53,164 bases of DNA from a virus (IMGVR_UViG_3300048582_000047:1-53164), one strand, 5' to 3'; positions 26,639 to 36,687 are shown, numbered from the stretch's first letter. The notes: generated by a model from the sequence alone, not told the origin. Numbers and translations: made by a program.

Positions 26639-26942
26639 ATTTAACCTTCCAGAGTTCAGATATCTGAGCCTGTAGATTGTCTACTTTCTGCTTGGTCTCT
26701 CGACTGTCTTCTTTTAACTCTATTTTCATAGCCAGTAAAATCTCTCGGTCTTCTGCCCTAACCTTCTCTCTGTTGCGGATTTCTTCTTTTAACCTGTTTT
26801 CTCGAAAAGCAATATCTTCCTTCAAGAGAGCAATCTCTTTCTGGTTGGTAAAAACCGTTCTAAATAACCAAGTTATACCGCCAATTAACATTAGGACAAT
26901 ACCTGTAATAAACTGTTCTATGTATGCCGAGACCCAATTCAT
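26637..26942 (-). CDS. Membrane-anchored coiled-coil protein (lysis module)
   Basis: N-terminal TM then heptad-rich tail. Confidence 0.7.
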   Translation of the reverse strand: MNWVSAYIEQFITGIVLMLIGGITWLFRTVFTNQKEIALLKEDIAFRENRLKEEIRNREKVRAEDREILLAMKIELKEDSRETKQKVDNLQAQISELWKVK

Positions 26943-26951
26943 TTCCGAGAC

Positions 26952-27332
26952 CTATTTTCTTCGTATTACTGTTCTGCCAACTTCCGCGATAAGAATAGCA
27001 GGGATTAATATTTTTGCCATACCATCAATCTGCGGGGGTAAAGCTAAGATATCCCAAGGCATATTGAACACACTATCTACAAAGACAGCCGCCCACCACA
27101 CACCGTAGGGTAAGACAATAAGGTAGCGACCTATGGAAGTGGCACCCCACCTGTCATTAGCCGCTATCCTACTCATTTCAACCGCAGCTTCAATCCTCTG
27201 TAGGTCTCTATCAGCGGATATCTTTTCTGCGTCAGTTTCAGCCGAAAGTTTAGCTTCGTAAGCTTTCCGTAAAGACTCTCCAAGGCCAGTTGAGCCTGTG
27301 AAGATACCAAGAATCTTATTTAGCATCCACAT
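26952..27332 (-). CDS. Membrane protein, holin-like
   Basis: Two C-terminal hydrophobic segments; in the lysis module. Confidence 0.6.
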   Translation of the reverse strand: MWMLNKILGIFTGSTGLGESLRKAYEAKLSAETDAEKISADRDLQRIEAAVEMSRIAANDRWGATSIGRYLIVLPYGVWWAAVFVDSVFNMPWDILALPPQIDGMAKILIPAILIAEVGRTVIRRK

Positions 27333-27534
27333 TCGGCTTTACCTTCTGTTGGTCAATTACTCGCCCAAGAGCGGCTACAACAAGGAAGAAGGCGGTTACA
27401 TGTGGTTCGATAACGTCAGGCAGTAAAGCTTTAGTTTCTAGTGGAAGCATTTCCCACACAAAAGCTGCTGTTACTGCCTGCACCGAAAACCAAGTCCAAG
27501 CTTCTTTCCAGTTTTCAACAAGTTGAGGTTTCAT
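27316..27534 (-). CDS. Putative holin
   Basis: LVENWKEAWTWFSVQ...GRVIDQ, 2 TM; follows endolysin. Confidence 0.7.
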   Translation of the reverse strand: MKPQLVENWKEAWTWFSVQAVTAAFVWEMLPLETKALLPDVIEPHVTAFFLVVAALGRVIDQQKVKPNVDAK

Positions 27535-27543
27535 AGGTTACTC

Positions 27544-28299
27544 CTAGAATAAAAGATAGAGGAAAGAAGCCCACTCTTTCAGGTATTCCCAAAAAGCTAC
27601 CACAGCCACAATTGCACCAGCGCCAACAGCAGTCTTACCGTCAACAAGAGGCTTAGTCTTTTGTTTAGGTTGCCAGTTAGCTTCGGTTAAGGCTTCGTAG
27701 AACTGTTTGTGGTAACCTGCAATCAGGGCAGCTTTATCACTACCGTTAACTGTGGCCCTAGCATCAGCAGCTTCCTTATTGTCCAAGAAACCATCCGAGC
27801 CTTCGTAGTGGGATAAACCTTTACGCTTACCAGACCACCTACCATCAATAAGCCCTTTGATAAGAACCCTAGCAGAGATAACAGGATCAAGCATCTTATC
27901 AGGTTCTTTAACCAGATCAACACCAGCGTCAGGGGAACTGTTCTGGTAGTTCTCTAACCAAGTGAGTTGCACATGACCCCTACCATAGTAGACATGCCCG
28001 TAGGGGCCGGCAGGTTGAGCGTAGCGGGCTACAGCAGAGTTAGGGCCGCGCTTCCTAGCCAAAGCATTAACAGCACGTCTAGCGCCCGCATCTGTAGTGG
28101 CAAAACCCTCTCTGACAGGGACCATACGAGCGCCTGTCTCATGGTAGGCTGTAGCGAGGGCGTAAGCTAGTAAGTCTTTATCCCCGTTACCTACCTGATC
28201 CATAGCAGAGAGGATACCATTGATCCCCTCCACTTGATTGGTGGACAACTTCTTGAATAAAGACTTACGTAGTGTAGAGAAGAAAAGTTCATTGTTCAT
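27544..28299 (-). CDS. Endolysin, glycoside hydrolase family 19-like, with C-terminal TM
   Basis: AYALATAYHETG, YYGRGHVQLTW.ENY, RATVNG. Confidence 0.9.
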   Translation of the reverse strand: MNNELFFSTLRKSLFKKLSTNQVEGINGILSAMDQVGNGDKDLLAYALATAYHETGARMVPVREGFATTDAGARRAVNALARKRGPNSAVARYAQPAGPYGHVYYGRGHVQLTWLENYQNSSPDAGVDLVKEPDKMLDPVISARVLIKGLIDGRWSGKRKGLSHYEGSDGFLDNKEAADARATVNGSDKAALIAGYHKQFYEALTEANWQPKQKTKPLVDGKTAVGAGAIVAVVAFWEYLKEWASFLYLLF

Positions 28300-28317
28300 C
28301 GGGATACTCTTAAAACA

Positions 28318-28932
28318 TTATACAATAAGACGGCGGCGCAGAAGGATCATCTGGCCCGCGTCGATGTTGCCAGAGGCATAGCTGAACCGCAGCCGCTGGA
28401 CTTTCTGTGCGGTAGCCTGCGCGTGGCCCCACGTTCCGGTTACACCGGCAATGCCTCCATTGCTTGCCCCGCCGAAGACCCCTTGGGTCGGAAAGACGTG
28501 CATCTGTTGCGAAAGTCGAACGGTCGGGCACATCATCTCGAATGAGAGGATGGTCGCTCCGCTAATGGTGTTGAAGACAGTCACGGCTGCGTTGTAAGCA
28601 GCATCGGACTCCCGCCGCCCCTCGACTTGGAAAGCCCCACCAGTGGTGCAGGACAATCCCAGTCCGCGAACCATGTATTCATAGCCGTCAGCGAAAATGG
28701 GCGACTGCACCGAGGCCAAGGCCCCGGAAACCGCGAAGTCGTAGAACACCCCGTCATTGCTGTCGCCGTTCGTCACCTTGTTATAGGGATGCCAGTTACC
28801 TTGATTTACTGGTGCAGTAGAATCAGCCTCAGCGACAGCAAGAGGATTATCCCTCCACTTCTTAGCCAACTCAGCAGTTAACGGAGCATCGGGGTCAGTC
28901 TCGGGATCACTGATTGCAATATATGTAGTCAT
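28318..28932 (-). CDS. Tail fiber / receptor-binding protein
   Basis: Follows tail tip; AT-rich N-terminal anchor, GC-rich C-terminal domain. Confidence 0.65.
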   Translation of the reverse strand: MTTYIAISDPETDPDAPLTAELAKKWRDNPLAVAEADSTAPVNQGNWHPYNKVTNGDSNDGVFYDFAVSGALASVQSPIFADGYEYMVRGLGLSCTTGGAFQVEGRRESDAAYNAAVTVFNTISGATILSFEMMCPTVRLSQQMHVFPTQGVFGGASNGGIAGVTGTWGHAQATAQKVQRLRFSYASGNIDAGQMILLRRRLIV

Positions 28933-28948
28933 TTAAATACCTGTCGAG

Positions 28949-31279
28949 TTAGATAAAAGCGTATGGGGGAGAGCCGTCCGAGAACTTTAAACTTGTTCCT
29001 ACAAAGAAGGCCCCAAGTCTTTTTTGTTCATCCGTAGCGGAACCGTATACAGGACTACCATTAGCCATGACCTGCCCATATTTACCATCATAGCGGAAGG
29101 ACTGAGCCTCTATCTCTACCTCATGCCCAGATTTCTTTTCTGTCCTACGAATAATCTGTAGAAGTTTCTTGACAGGCAAGCCAGTCTCATCCGTGGCGAC
29201 CCTGCTATCAAGCTCTACAACATCTGCAAGATTCAGAGTCTTTAGCTCTGCGTCTAACACAATCGTATAGTGCACAGGCGGGGTGTTAAGTCTCTTGAGC
29301 AACCTTAAAGACAGGGTTCTTACAATAGCGTCCGCGCCATCATTCAACCAACGACAGAAGACTTCCCTGACTTTAGTATCATTGTAGGCATTAACAGACT
29401 CAGCCGTTGTGTCTACCAAGACGTTTAACCTATCGTAATTGTTCTTGTCTTTGTAGTCTTTTGTAGGATCAGACTGCTTAGTATAGAAATGAACTTGGGT
29501 TACCCTATCCTCGTCAAAATCTTCTTGAGAGATAGCCTTGATATCCAAGTTATCGGAGATGGGCACAACAAGTTCATCATCTACAGGGTGAGTAGCTAGA
29601 AGCCTAACCTTCTGATTAACATCGTCCCACCAAACAGAAACACCGATATCAGATAGTTCCCCAACCAATTGGGCAACACCTGTGGGTTTTGTAATCACAG
29701 TCTTTAGAAGAACAGAGTCCATCCACTTAGTAATTTCTGGTTCCCACTCTGTTACAAGGGGACAGAAACTGGTTGGAACTTTGGCGTAAGTGGTCAATAA
29801 GCTATAGATAGTATCATCCACCCTTGCCCCACTAATATAAAGAGCAACTTGGAAAGTGTCTCCCAAACTGTGAGTAGCAGCAACAGTGCCCTCTTGCCCA
29901 CGGCCAGTCAAGGTTACTACAGCCCCAGAACGGGTAAAAGTTACTAGTTCGGAACCAATAGTTCCCCAGCCAGAGGTAGGATATTCTGCTTGGATACCTG
30001 ATGGGGTCAGGCTAAAGGTCTGACCAACCGCAGCAGTAACGTTAGCCCCAAGCTTTCCTTTAGAGGGTGTGGGGGCTAATGCTTTCTTGTCGTCTGCTAA
30101 CGCAAGAACATCTTTACCCTCAAAGGTAACGTTCCCATCATTATCAGGGCCATTCATATCAGTGATAATAAAGTGCCTAGTTTGTGTTACGGTAAGAATA
30201 CCATCGTCCACATAACCATCAATAACCCTCAAGGGTCTGCCAGCGTAATAGGGCCATCTAGCTTTTAAGCGAGTAAAGAAGGTTCCAACAGAACCAGGAT
30301 CATAGCCAACACCACTGGCTTGAGCAGCCCCAGAGATACGCTCTAATTGGTATTTATCAAACCAAACATCATCGTCTACAAAATCTTTAAGTGAAACTGT
30401 GACGGAAGCCCTACGCCCAAAAGCGTTCATACGGGGGTTACTGCCCGCAACGTTAACTGTGCTAGAAAAAGCACTAACACCATTATCTTTAAGGGCAGGG
30501 TATGCAACAAGCCCTTTGGGGAGGTTAGACCTATTATTAATGAAGGTGAGTTTTTTGGTAGACTTGGTAAAAGCAGATTGAAACTGGCAAGTGCCAAAGG
30601 TATTAAAGCACTTACGTTCACCAGTTTTAGCACGAACTTCTGCTACAGTCGCTGAGGTTGTTGGCTTATAATAAGAAGCCCCTGTGCCAGTTTCTAATTG
30701 AGCGCCCCAAAGGTTGATACGAGAAGCCCCATCCCCTAAGTAACTAGTAGCCCCACCGTTGGCTGTTCCAACCCTAATAGCATAGTCTGTAGCAGAGGTT
30801 GTAGCGGCAAAGGAAACCCTCCACCAACCGTTACTCATATCCACAATAGTAGCAGGGCCGCCGCTTAAGACAGAGCCGTTTGTCAAATCAACGACCAAGG
30901 TATTGCTTGCTACAATAGGGGAACTACTTTCCCCAATTATTTGAAGAAAAGCTTGTGTCCTTGTGTTAGCTTTCAAGAATACACTTGCCGTAGGGAGACT
31001 ACCTAAAACGGTATAACCACTTTGAACATAGTGGGTATTGTTACTAGTATCTTCCCTCAAGTTGTTCGCTGTAGTGTCAAGTAAAGGGCTTGTCATACCT
31101 CCAAAGACAGCAGACCTTACTTTAGTCCAATAGGCGTTACTAAAGTCTTGAGAGTAAAGAGTGCTATTGCGTCTGCTACCAGCGGCAACCAAAGAGGCCC
31201 CGCACAACCCATCAGCGTAGGACCTAACGCAATAGTCCGTATCAATCTCTACATATTGGATAGGCTCTCTATTCGCCAT
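28949..31279 (-). CDS. Tail tip / baseplate hub protein with inserted lectin-like domain
   Basis: Position after distal tail; N-terminal Cys motif; GSELV, RGQEGT.AATHS.G motif. Confidence 0.8.
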   Translation of the reverse strand: MANREPIQYVEIDTDYCVRSYADGLCGASLVAAGSRRNSTLYSQDFSNAYWTKVRSAVFGGMTSPLLDTTANNLREDTSNNTHYVQSGYTVLGSLPTASVFLKANTRTQAFLQIIGESSSPIVASNTLVVDLTNGSVLSGGPATIVDMSNGWWRVSFAATTSATDYAIRVGTANGGATSYLGDGASRINLWGAQLETGTGASYYKPTTSATVAEVRAKTGERKCFNTFGTCQFQSAFTKSTKKLTFINNRSNLPKGLVAYPALKDNGVSAFSSTVNVAGSNPRMNAFGRRASVTVSLKDFVDDDVWFDKYQLERISGAAQASGVGYDPGSVGTFFTRLKARWPYYAGRPLRVIDGYVDDGILTVTQTRHFIITDMNGPDNDGNVTFEGKDVLALADDKKALAPTPSKGKLGANVTAAVGQTFSLTPSGIQAEYPTSGWGTIGSELVTFTRSGAVVTLTGRGQEGTVAATHSLGDTFQVALYISGARVDDTIYSLLTTYAKVPTSFCPLVTEWEPEITKWMDSVLLKTVITKPTGVAQLVGELSDIGVSVWWDDVNQKVRLLATHPVDDELVVPISDNLDIKAISQEDFDEDRVTQVHFYTKQSDPTKDYKDKNNYDRLNVLVDTTAESVNAYNDTKVREVFCRWLNDGADAIVRTLSLRLLKRLNTPPVHYTIVLDAELKTLNLADVVELDSRVATDETGLPVKKLLQIIRRTEKKSGHEVEIEAQSFRYDGKYGQVMANGSPVYGSATDEQKRLGAFFVGTSLKFSDGSPPYAFI

Positions 31280-32063
31280 AGGTATAAACTTCCATACTTG
31301 TGCTCATCCAGTTACCTGTTTCATCAAACGTAGGAGACATTACTGACCCCTCTGTTCGCCAAGCATATCCAACGTCTTTGGTGAAGGATTGTGGAGAGGA
31401 CGCAAATACAAAAGCTTTGCCTGAGTTGTAATGTTCCCGGAAAGGGATAAGCGTGGTTTCAACAAAGCCAGTCTCTAAGGATACAAGAGAGATAGTTGTT
31501 CTACCACCCTTCCTCAAAACACGGTTACCCAAGAATTGACCACCCATAGTCATACCAGTTAACAGGTCAAAATCTTGAGCCAACCACATGGGAGTATAAG
31601 GGGGCTTAACCCCAGCGGGCATATTAAATCTTTGGGTTAATAGCCATACACTGAGGGTAGGCACAGTGCCACCAGAGATAGATAATCTCCAATAGCGAGC
31701 GGAGAAACTGGTGAACAACCCTAAGATAGTTGTGTTGTCTGTCGGGACAACAGTGCAACGGGTAGTCCACACGGAGTTGTCTGGGGAAGATTCTAAAAGA
31801 ATAGTATTACCTTTAGTCCCACAGTCATGCCCTACAATAGAAAAACTATCTACTGCCGTTGAAGAACCTAGGTCCACAGAAATAGTGGCTGGTAGTGCAG
31901 TAGGACGCCAAGCTTTAACTGTATTCTCAGTTCTAATGTTCTCTTTGGGGTAGTCAGCAGCCTCCGTAGAAGCTGCCAACGTTTTACCAAGCAAGAGGTT
32001 ATTCCAAAGGATAGTGGGAAGGCTATCGGCAGAAGTCGGGGCATTTTCAATCTTGATAGTCAT
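31269..32063 (-). CDS. Distal tail protein with galactose-binding-like domain
   Basis: Follows tape measure; ISVDLG, LESSPDNSVWT, ARYWRL. Confidence 0.7.
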   Translation of the reverse strand: MTIKIENAPTSADSLPTILWNNLLLGKTLAASTEAADYPKENIRTENTVKAWRPTALPATISVDLGSSTAVDSFSIVGHDCGTKGNTILLESSPDNSVWTTRCTVVPTDNTTILGLFTSFSARYWRLSISGGTVPTLSVWLLTQRFNMPAGVKPPYTPMWLAQDFDLLTGMTMGGQFLGNRVLRKGGRTTISLVSLETGFVETTLIPFREHYNSGKAFVFASSPQSFTKDVGYAWRTEGSVMSPTFDETGNWMSTSMEVYTYGE

Positions 32064-32064
32064 A

Positions 32065-34299
32065 TTATCCTCTCGCTACAACAAACACCTTTCCGCGTTT
32101 ATCGTTCTCATCATAGAAGGCATCAAACAAGTTAATCAGAGTTTGTCCGCTGTAAAGTCCACTCGGGTCTAAGCTATCAATGTAGACTGTCTGTGGAGTT
32201 GGGGCAGCGGCAGCGGCTGGTGTAGCAGTAGATGTTCCGCGACCACCACCTCCTGAACCCCGGCTACTAGAGCCGGATTTGATAGCTGAAACAGTTTGCA
32301 TACCAGCAGCTAATACGGAAATAGCAGCGGGAATTTTAGCAAAGAAGGGTAATGTAGGGTCAGCAAGAACTTGGTTAAAAGCCCTATAAGCGTTGATGGT
32401 GGCTTCAATACCAGCGAACACACGCCCCGCTTTAGCCATTTTATCATTACCACTTTGAAATGCAGATGCCATATCCCCAAAGAATGTTTCTGCTTTAGCT
32501 AGCCCATCCCCATAACGGTAAGCATCCAATTCATTTAGAGCTTGATAATGCTCCATTTGGAGTTGCTTTTCCATCTCGTTGTATTCTGCGATGGTAATAA
32601 GCTTACGATCAAGAGCGGTCTGTAGGGTGGACTGTTTTTCTTCGTAGGCTGCAATCTCAAGTTCTGCTTCGGATTGCAAATACTCTTGGAGTTGTTTGAA
32701 CCGATCTGTAAAGGGGTCAGAACCTCCACCACCGCCCCCACCACCAGAGCCATCAAACTGCTGGGATGTAAGAAGCATACCACTGTTGAGCCCAGCTAGC
32801 ATTGCGTCTGTAGAGTTTGGGTTTATGTTTCCACGACCACTTGATTGATAGTTCCCAACGCTACCTAAAGCGCCAAGTTTATCCCACAAACCCGTAGCAA
32901 AAGCGGGTAAGCCAGATATCTTAGCTTGGATATTTAATCCAACATTGAGTTGCATACCCCCAATAGATTCTAGAATAGATTTTACGGATTCGGCATAACG
33001 CTCACCCTCAGCAAGTCTGTCAGCCCCACGTTTGATTGCACCCTCTTGTTTAGCCATAGCCATAAGGATAGCGTCGTTTAAACCAACCATGCGGGCATTT
33101 ATAGTCTCCGCAACTTTTAACTGCGCAGCTAATTTTTCTCTAGCTTGGGCCTCTTTTTGTAGAGCATTGTATTGCTCAATAACAAGCCTAAGTTCTTCCT
33201 CAGCAGCAGCAATAGCTGGTCCGTTAATATTAACAAATAGACGCAGTTTACTGTCTATAGCCTCTTGAGTAAGTTGACGAATTTGTTCACTAAGAGCATT
33301 AGCCCTGGCTTGAAGCCTGTCTAAATCTCCACCAACAGAAGAGCCAAATTTTAAACTGTCCCAAGCTTGTTGTAAATTTTCTGTCTCTTGAATGATAGAC
33401 TTAATTTTATCTTCTATTTGTGTATTACCAGCGACCTCAGAAGAAGTCCTCATCCAGTAAGCACCAATAGCTGTAACCAAAGGGATACCAATACCAAGGG
33501 CAGTAGATAGGCCGATAGCAGCAGCAGTTGTCATACCTAGTTGACCAGCGACCAAAGGCAATGTCCCAACCAATTGGGTAGCCTGTTGCCCAAAAGCTAC
33601 CATCCAGTTAGTTCCAGATTGAACTTGGACTAAAAAGTCACCTACTTGATAACCCGCTTGTTGAGTAACAACCCCCCACTGAGACATACGACCGGATGCA
33701 AAAGCGGCCCCAGAGCCAGACATAGCAAACTCTTGATTAAGTCTCTCGACAGCAGCTTCGTGCTGTTTAGCGTTGAGAGCGCCAAGCATATGCGCACGGT
33801 TAATCTCGTTAAGAGAAGACTCATACTTTTTAGAGGCCCCGTAGATTTGATCATACTTAGAGCGGAGACGTTCAATCTCTGCACCAAAAGCATCAGCACT
33901 AGCGCCAGCGGAGATACCTACCGCACCTAACCCTAAAGTCTTACCCACTTGCGATTGATAGTTCTTGGCGGTAGACCTAGCAAGTTCCTCCATAGCGTCA
34001 CGCTGACGGAGAATAGCAGTAGTTTCCTTTTGGGCTAACCTTTCAGACTGCTCCATAAGGGAGAGCCTTTTACGCTGTGCAGCGCCCCACTGTTCCAATT
34101 CTCTTTGAGCCTTGGCCCCAACCACTTCATCTAAAGCCTTAGCCATTTGAGTAGCAGTAGCTTGTGTAGCAGCAGTCATTAGTTGGGATTCACGCTTGAT
34201 ACGCGCAACAGCACGGGCAAAAGCAGGGCCGAGTTCCCCAAGGGCGGCTTCTAACTTCTGAATATCTTTAAAGTCAGCGGTAACATTAAGATCGGCCAT
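32065..34299 (-). CDS. Tape measure protein
   Basis: 744 aa, Ala/Gln-rich helical, QVGDF.VQ.QSG...AFGQQ motif. Confidence 0.92.
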   Translation of the reverse strand: MADLNVTADFKDIQKLEAALGELGPAFARAVARIKRESQLMTAATQATATQMAKALDEVVGAKAQRELEQWGAAQRKRLSLMEQSERLAQKETTAILRQRDAMEELARSTAKNYQSQVGKTLGLGAVGISAGASADAFGAEIERLRSKYDQIYGASKKYESSLNEINRAHMLGALNAKQHEAAVERLNQEFAMSGSGAAFASGRMSQWGVVTQQAGYQVGDFLVQVQSGTNWMVAFGQQATQLVGTLPLVAGQLGMTTAAAIGLSTALGIGIPLVTAIGAYWMRTSSEVAGNTQIEDKIKSIIQETENLQQAWDSLKFGSSVGGDLDRLQARANALSEQIRQLTQEAIDSKLRLFVNINGPAIAAAEEELRLVIEQYNALQKEAQAREKLAAQLKVAETINARMVGLNDAILMAMAKQEGAIKRGADRLAEGERYAESVKSILESIGGMQLNVGLNIQAKISGLPAFATGLWDKLGALGSVGNYQSSGRGNINPNSTDAMLAGLNSGMLLTSQQFDGSGGGGGGGGSDPFTDRFKQLQEYLQSEAELEIAAYEEKQSTLQTALDRKLITIAEYNEMEKQLQMEHYQALNELDAYRYGDGLAKAETFFGDMASAFQSGNDKMAKAGRVFAGIEATINAYRAFNQVLADPTLPFFAKIPAAISVLAAGMQTVSAIKSGSSSRGSGGGGRGTSTATPAAAAAPTPQTVYIDSLDPSGLYSGQTLINLFDAFYDENDKRGKVFVVARG

Positions 34300-34648
34300 T
34301 GCTTATCACCCTAGTATAGATTCGGTCTAGCCTCTTAATAACTTCAACATCAAGAGGTGTTATTTTATTACCTGTTAACTCCGACCAAGCTTGTATCTCT
34401 TGATAAGTTATAGGTAATGGCCCAGAATAACCTTGTGGCCTTGTAGAAGATAACTCTAGAAAGTAAGACCACAGGTAGTCTAACTCTACAGGAAACTCGG
34501 GGCTGATTAAAGCCAAGGGGGTTTTGCCTGTTTGTTTTTCTACCTGCTTTAAGTGTTCTCTCTCAGCAACGCCCTCTTTATCCGGTATTGCCAACTTGAA
34601 ATCCCACTCGGCATACTTTTCTAGTTGAGAGGCTAGACCTTCAAAAAA
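34286..34648 (-). CDS. Tail assembly chaperone C-terminal (-1 frame) extension
   Basis: -1 frame open from slippery T TTT TTG (34642-34648) into PITYQEIQAW..LTG ORF. Confidence 0.8.
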   Translation of the reverse strand, partial: FFEGLASQLEKYAEWDFKLAIPDKEGVAEREHLKQVEKQTGKTPLALISPEFPVELDYLWSYFLELSSTRPQGYSGPLPITYQEIQAWSELTGNKITPLDVEVIKRLDRIYTRVISNGRS

Positions 34649-35028
34649 CTAGTGAAATCCTCTTGGGCTTGTAACACCTGTGCCCTAACCCAAGGAAGCT
34701 TATCATAAATATCTCGGCAAGCCTCTGCACTGAACTTGGGTGTAGTTTTGTTGAACTGCACATTCCAGTCTTTTGTAGTGTTAACAATCAGGTCAATAGT
34801 AGCCTGCTCGATTTCTTCCGAGGTATAAACACCTTTAGTCTTTTGTGCCCTTTGAATACGAGCGTTAGTCTGAGAGTGCACAACAGCCCTATACTCTTTA
34901 CTGTGAGGCAGATAGACTGTGATAGCCATAGTCTCACCCTCGTCAGTCTTCAAAACTTCCCCCGTGATAGGGTGTTTAATCTCTACAACTGTAACGTCTT
35001 CTTTAGGGATAAAGTTACTTAAGTCCAT
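34633..35028 (-). CDS. Tail assembly chaperone
   Basis: Between tube and tape measure; HPITGE, PWVRAQV. Confidence 0.85.
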   Translation of the reverse strand: MDLSNFIPKEDVTVVEIKHPITGEVLKTDEGETMAITVYLPHSKEYRAVVHSQTNARIQRAQKTKGVYTSEEIEQATIDLIVNTTKDWNVQFNKTTPKFSAEACRDIYDKLPWVRAQVLQAQEDFTSFLKV

Positions 35029-35054
35029 GTCGGGGATTCCTTATTGTGTCGGGA

Positions 35055-35097
35055 AAAATAAAACGGGTGAGCCTAGCCCCGACAACCAAGCCCACCC
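35055..35097 (-). terminator. Terminator/attenuator after major tail gene
   Basis: GGGTGGGCTTGGTT...GGCTAGGCTCACCC + GTTTTATTTTT. Confidence 0.75.
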
Positions 35098-35107
35098 TGC
35101 CAACCTA

Positions 35108-36265
35108 TTAGGTCGGGTTCCGAATAATTTCGATGTTAGTATTTTCCACCGTGTCATATAGAGCAACAAACGGGAGTGTCACAATACGAGAACCAGTGGG
35201 TCCATCAACAGGAACATCTGCACCGTTGATCTTTACACGAGGAAAGTGGAACGTGTAGTTAGATGCTCCACTAGGGTCATTCACTGTGACTTGGAAAGCC
35301 GTAGCAGTCTCGTTAATGAAACGGTTAATCAAACTGGAGTCTTCAAAGTAAGCGGTGATAGTCCCTTCAACAGCAGCCATACCAAACTCAAGTTGGGGTG
35401 TCGAAGAAGAGCCAACAACAAAAGTGGGAGTGACGGAGTTGGAAACAGAGAAGTCGATACCCGTGATAATAGCAATGGTAGTCATTGCAGCACCCGCGTT
35501 ACCAACAGACAGAGCACCGGAGTAACTATCGAAGGGTTGGTTAGAGCTTGTGGGCGTCTTTGTAGGATCAAGGGACGTGCCGGAAATAGTCATGTCTTTA
35601 CCAACCATAGAGAAGGTGGCGGTGACCATTTCGTTAGGCTTAATGGAGACAGCAACTGTATCAACGGTCATACCTGTGAACAGGCGATACTGCGCAATAT
35701 CAGCAGCTTCATCTTCAATGCTAAAAGACTTAGGAGTTGTCCCAACCTTAAGAGAGCGATTGACAATAGTTCCCGCAACAGTTTGAGCACCTGTGGCAGC
35801 ACTAAGGAAAGAAACCGTAGTGGTAGTGCAAGCCGTAACAGTCCAAGTTCCATTATACCCAGCAGGTGTTACACCCGCAACAGTAATAGCAGAGCCTACA
35901 GGGAACGGAGGGACTGTTTGCACAGCGAAAGTAAGAGTAGCGGTTCCAGCAGAACCAGCAGCCGCCGTGGTGGCAATGGAAGCAGAGGTAGCGAAAGAAC
36001 TCATGAGAGCACTTTCAAACAAAGGGTCAAAATCTGCTTTACGAAGATCAACAACGATATCACCACCAACTTGACGGTTACCGTGACGATCAACCCTAAC
36101 CATACGATCAGGTTGGATTTCGTTACCTTGAACACGGTCCTTAGTCAGACTAAGGGAGTGAGTGTTGAGTGGTAACTGAACTAAAGCGGGGCTACCCGGT
36201 GTAACACCAAAGGTAACTTCCGGGACATAAGAAAGACCAGAGCGGGCATTTTGTGCAAAAGGCAT
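35108..36265 (-). CDS. Major tail tube protein with internal beta-rich insertion
   Basis: E.TFG.TP, GGDI, SFSIE, EGTITAYF, P.VK motifs. Confidence 0.9.
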   Translation of the reverse strand: MPFAQNARSGLSYVPEVTFGVTPGSPALVQLPLNTHSLSLTKDRVQGNEIQPDRMVRVDRHGNRQVGGDIVVDLRKADFDPLFESALMSSFATSASIATTAAAGSAGTATLTFAVQTVPPFPVGSAITVAGVTPAGYNGTWTVTACTTTTVSFLSAATGAQTVAGTIVNRSLKVGTTPKSFSIEDEAADIAQYRLFTGMTVDTVAVSIKPNEMVTATFSMVGKDMTISGTSLDPTKTPTSSNQPFDSYSGALSVGNAGAAMTTIAIITGIDFSVSNSVTPTFVVGSSSTPQLEFGMAAVEGTITAYFEDSSLINRFINETATAFQVTVNDPSGASNYTFHFPRVKINGADVPVDGPTGSRIVTLPFVALYDTVENTNIEIIRNPT

Positions 36266-36276
36266 TTAGATTATCC

Positions 36277-36687
36277 TTAATTTTGGGAGTAAATATACCA
36301 GTTGACAGTCACCGGCAGACAGTTGAATGGGGGGGAGTAGTAGTCATTATTCGTGGTGGCATCCTCAACAGAGAGAATAATACCGGAGTATGAAATGTCT
36401 GTTGTTGGCCTAAATCTGTCTAGGAGAGCTTCCGCTTGAGACATAGCAGCACCTAAGCCACTACCTTCTGGTGTGCAGATCAACATAGTGAAAAAACCAG
36501 AGTATCTTAACGAAGGGTTTAATCCTCGAACAGCCGGTTGGATATTGGTTGTTACAAACGTAGATCGGATGAAGTTTGTGTTAGGGTCGGGGTCATAAGA
36601 TACGTTCTGTGGGTGAACAGTGAACACCCCCGGCATCGTAATTAAGTGGTTTTCTAGGGCAGCTTTGATAGTGTTAAGTATACTCAT
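36277..36687 (-). CDS. Tail terminator protein
   Basis: Position before tube; PQNVSYDP, G.F...ICTPEGSG. Confidence 0.75.
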   Translation of the reverse strand: MSILNTIKAALENHLITMPGVFTVHPQNVSYDPDPNTNFIRSTFVTTNIQPAVRGLNPSLRYSGFFTMLICTPEGSGLGAAMSQAEALLDRFRPTTDISYSGIILSVEDATTNNDYYSPPFNCLPVTVNWYIYSQN

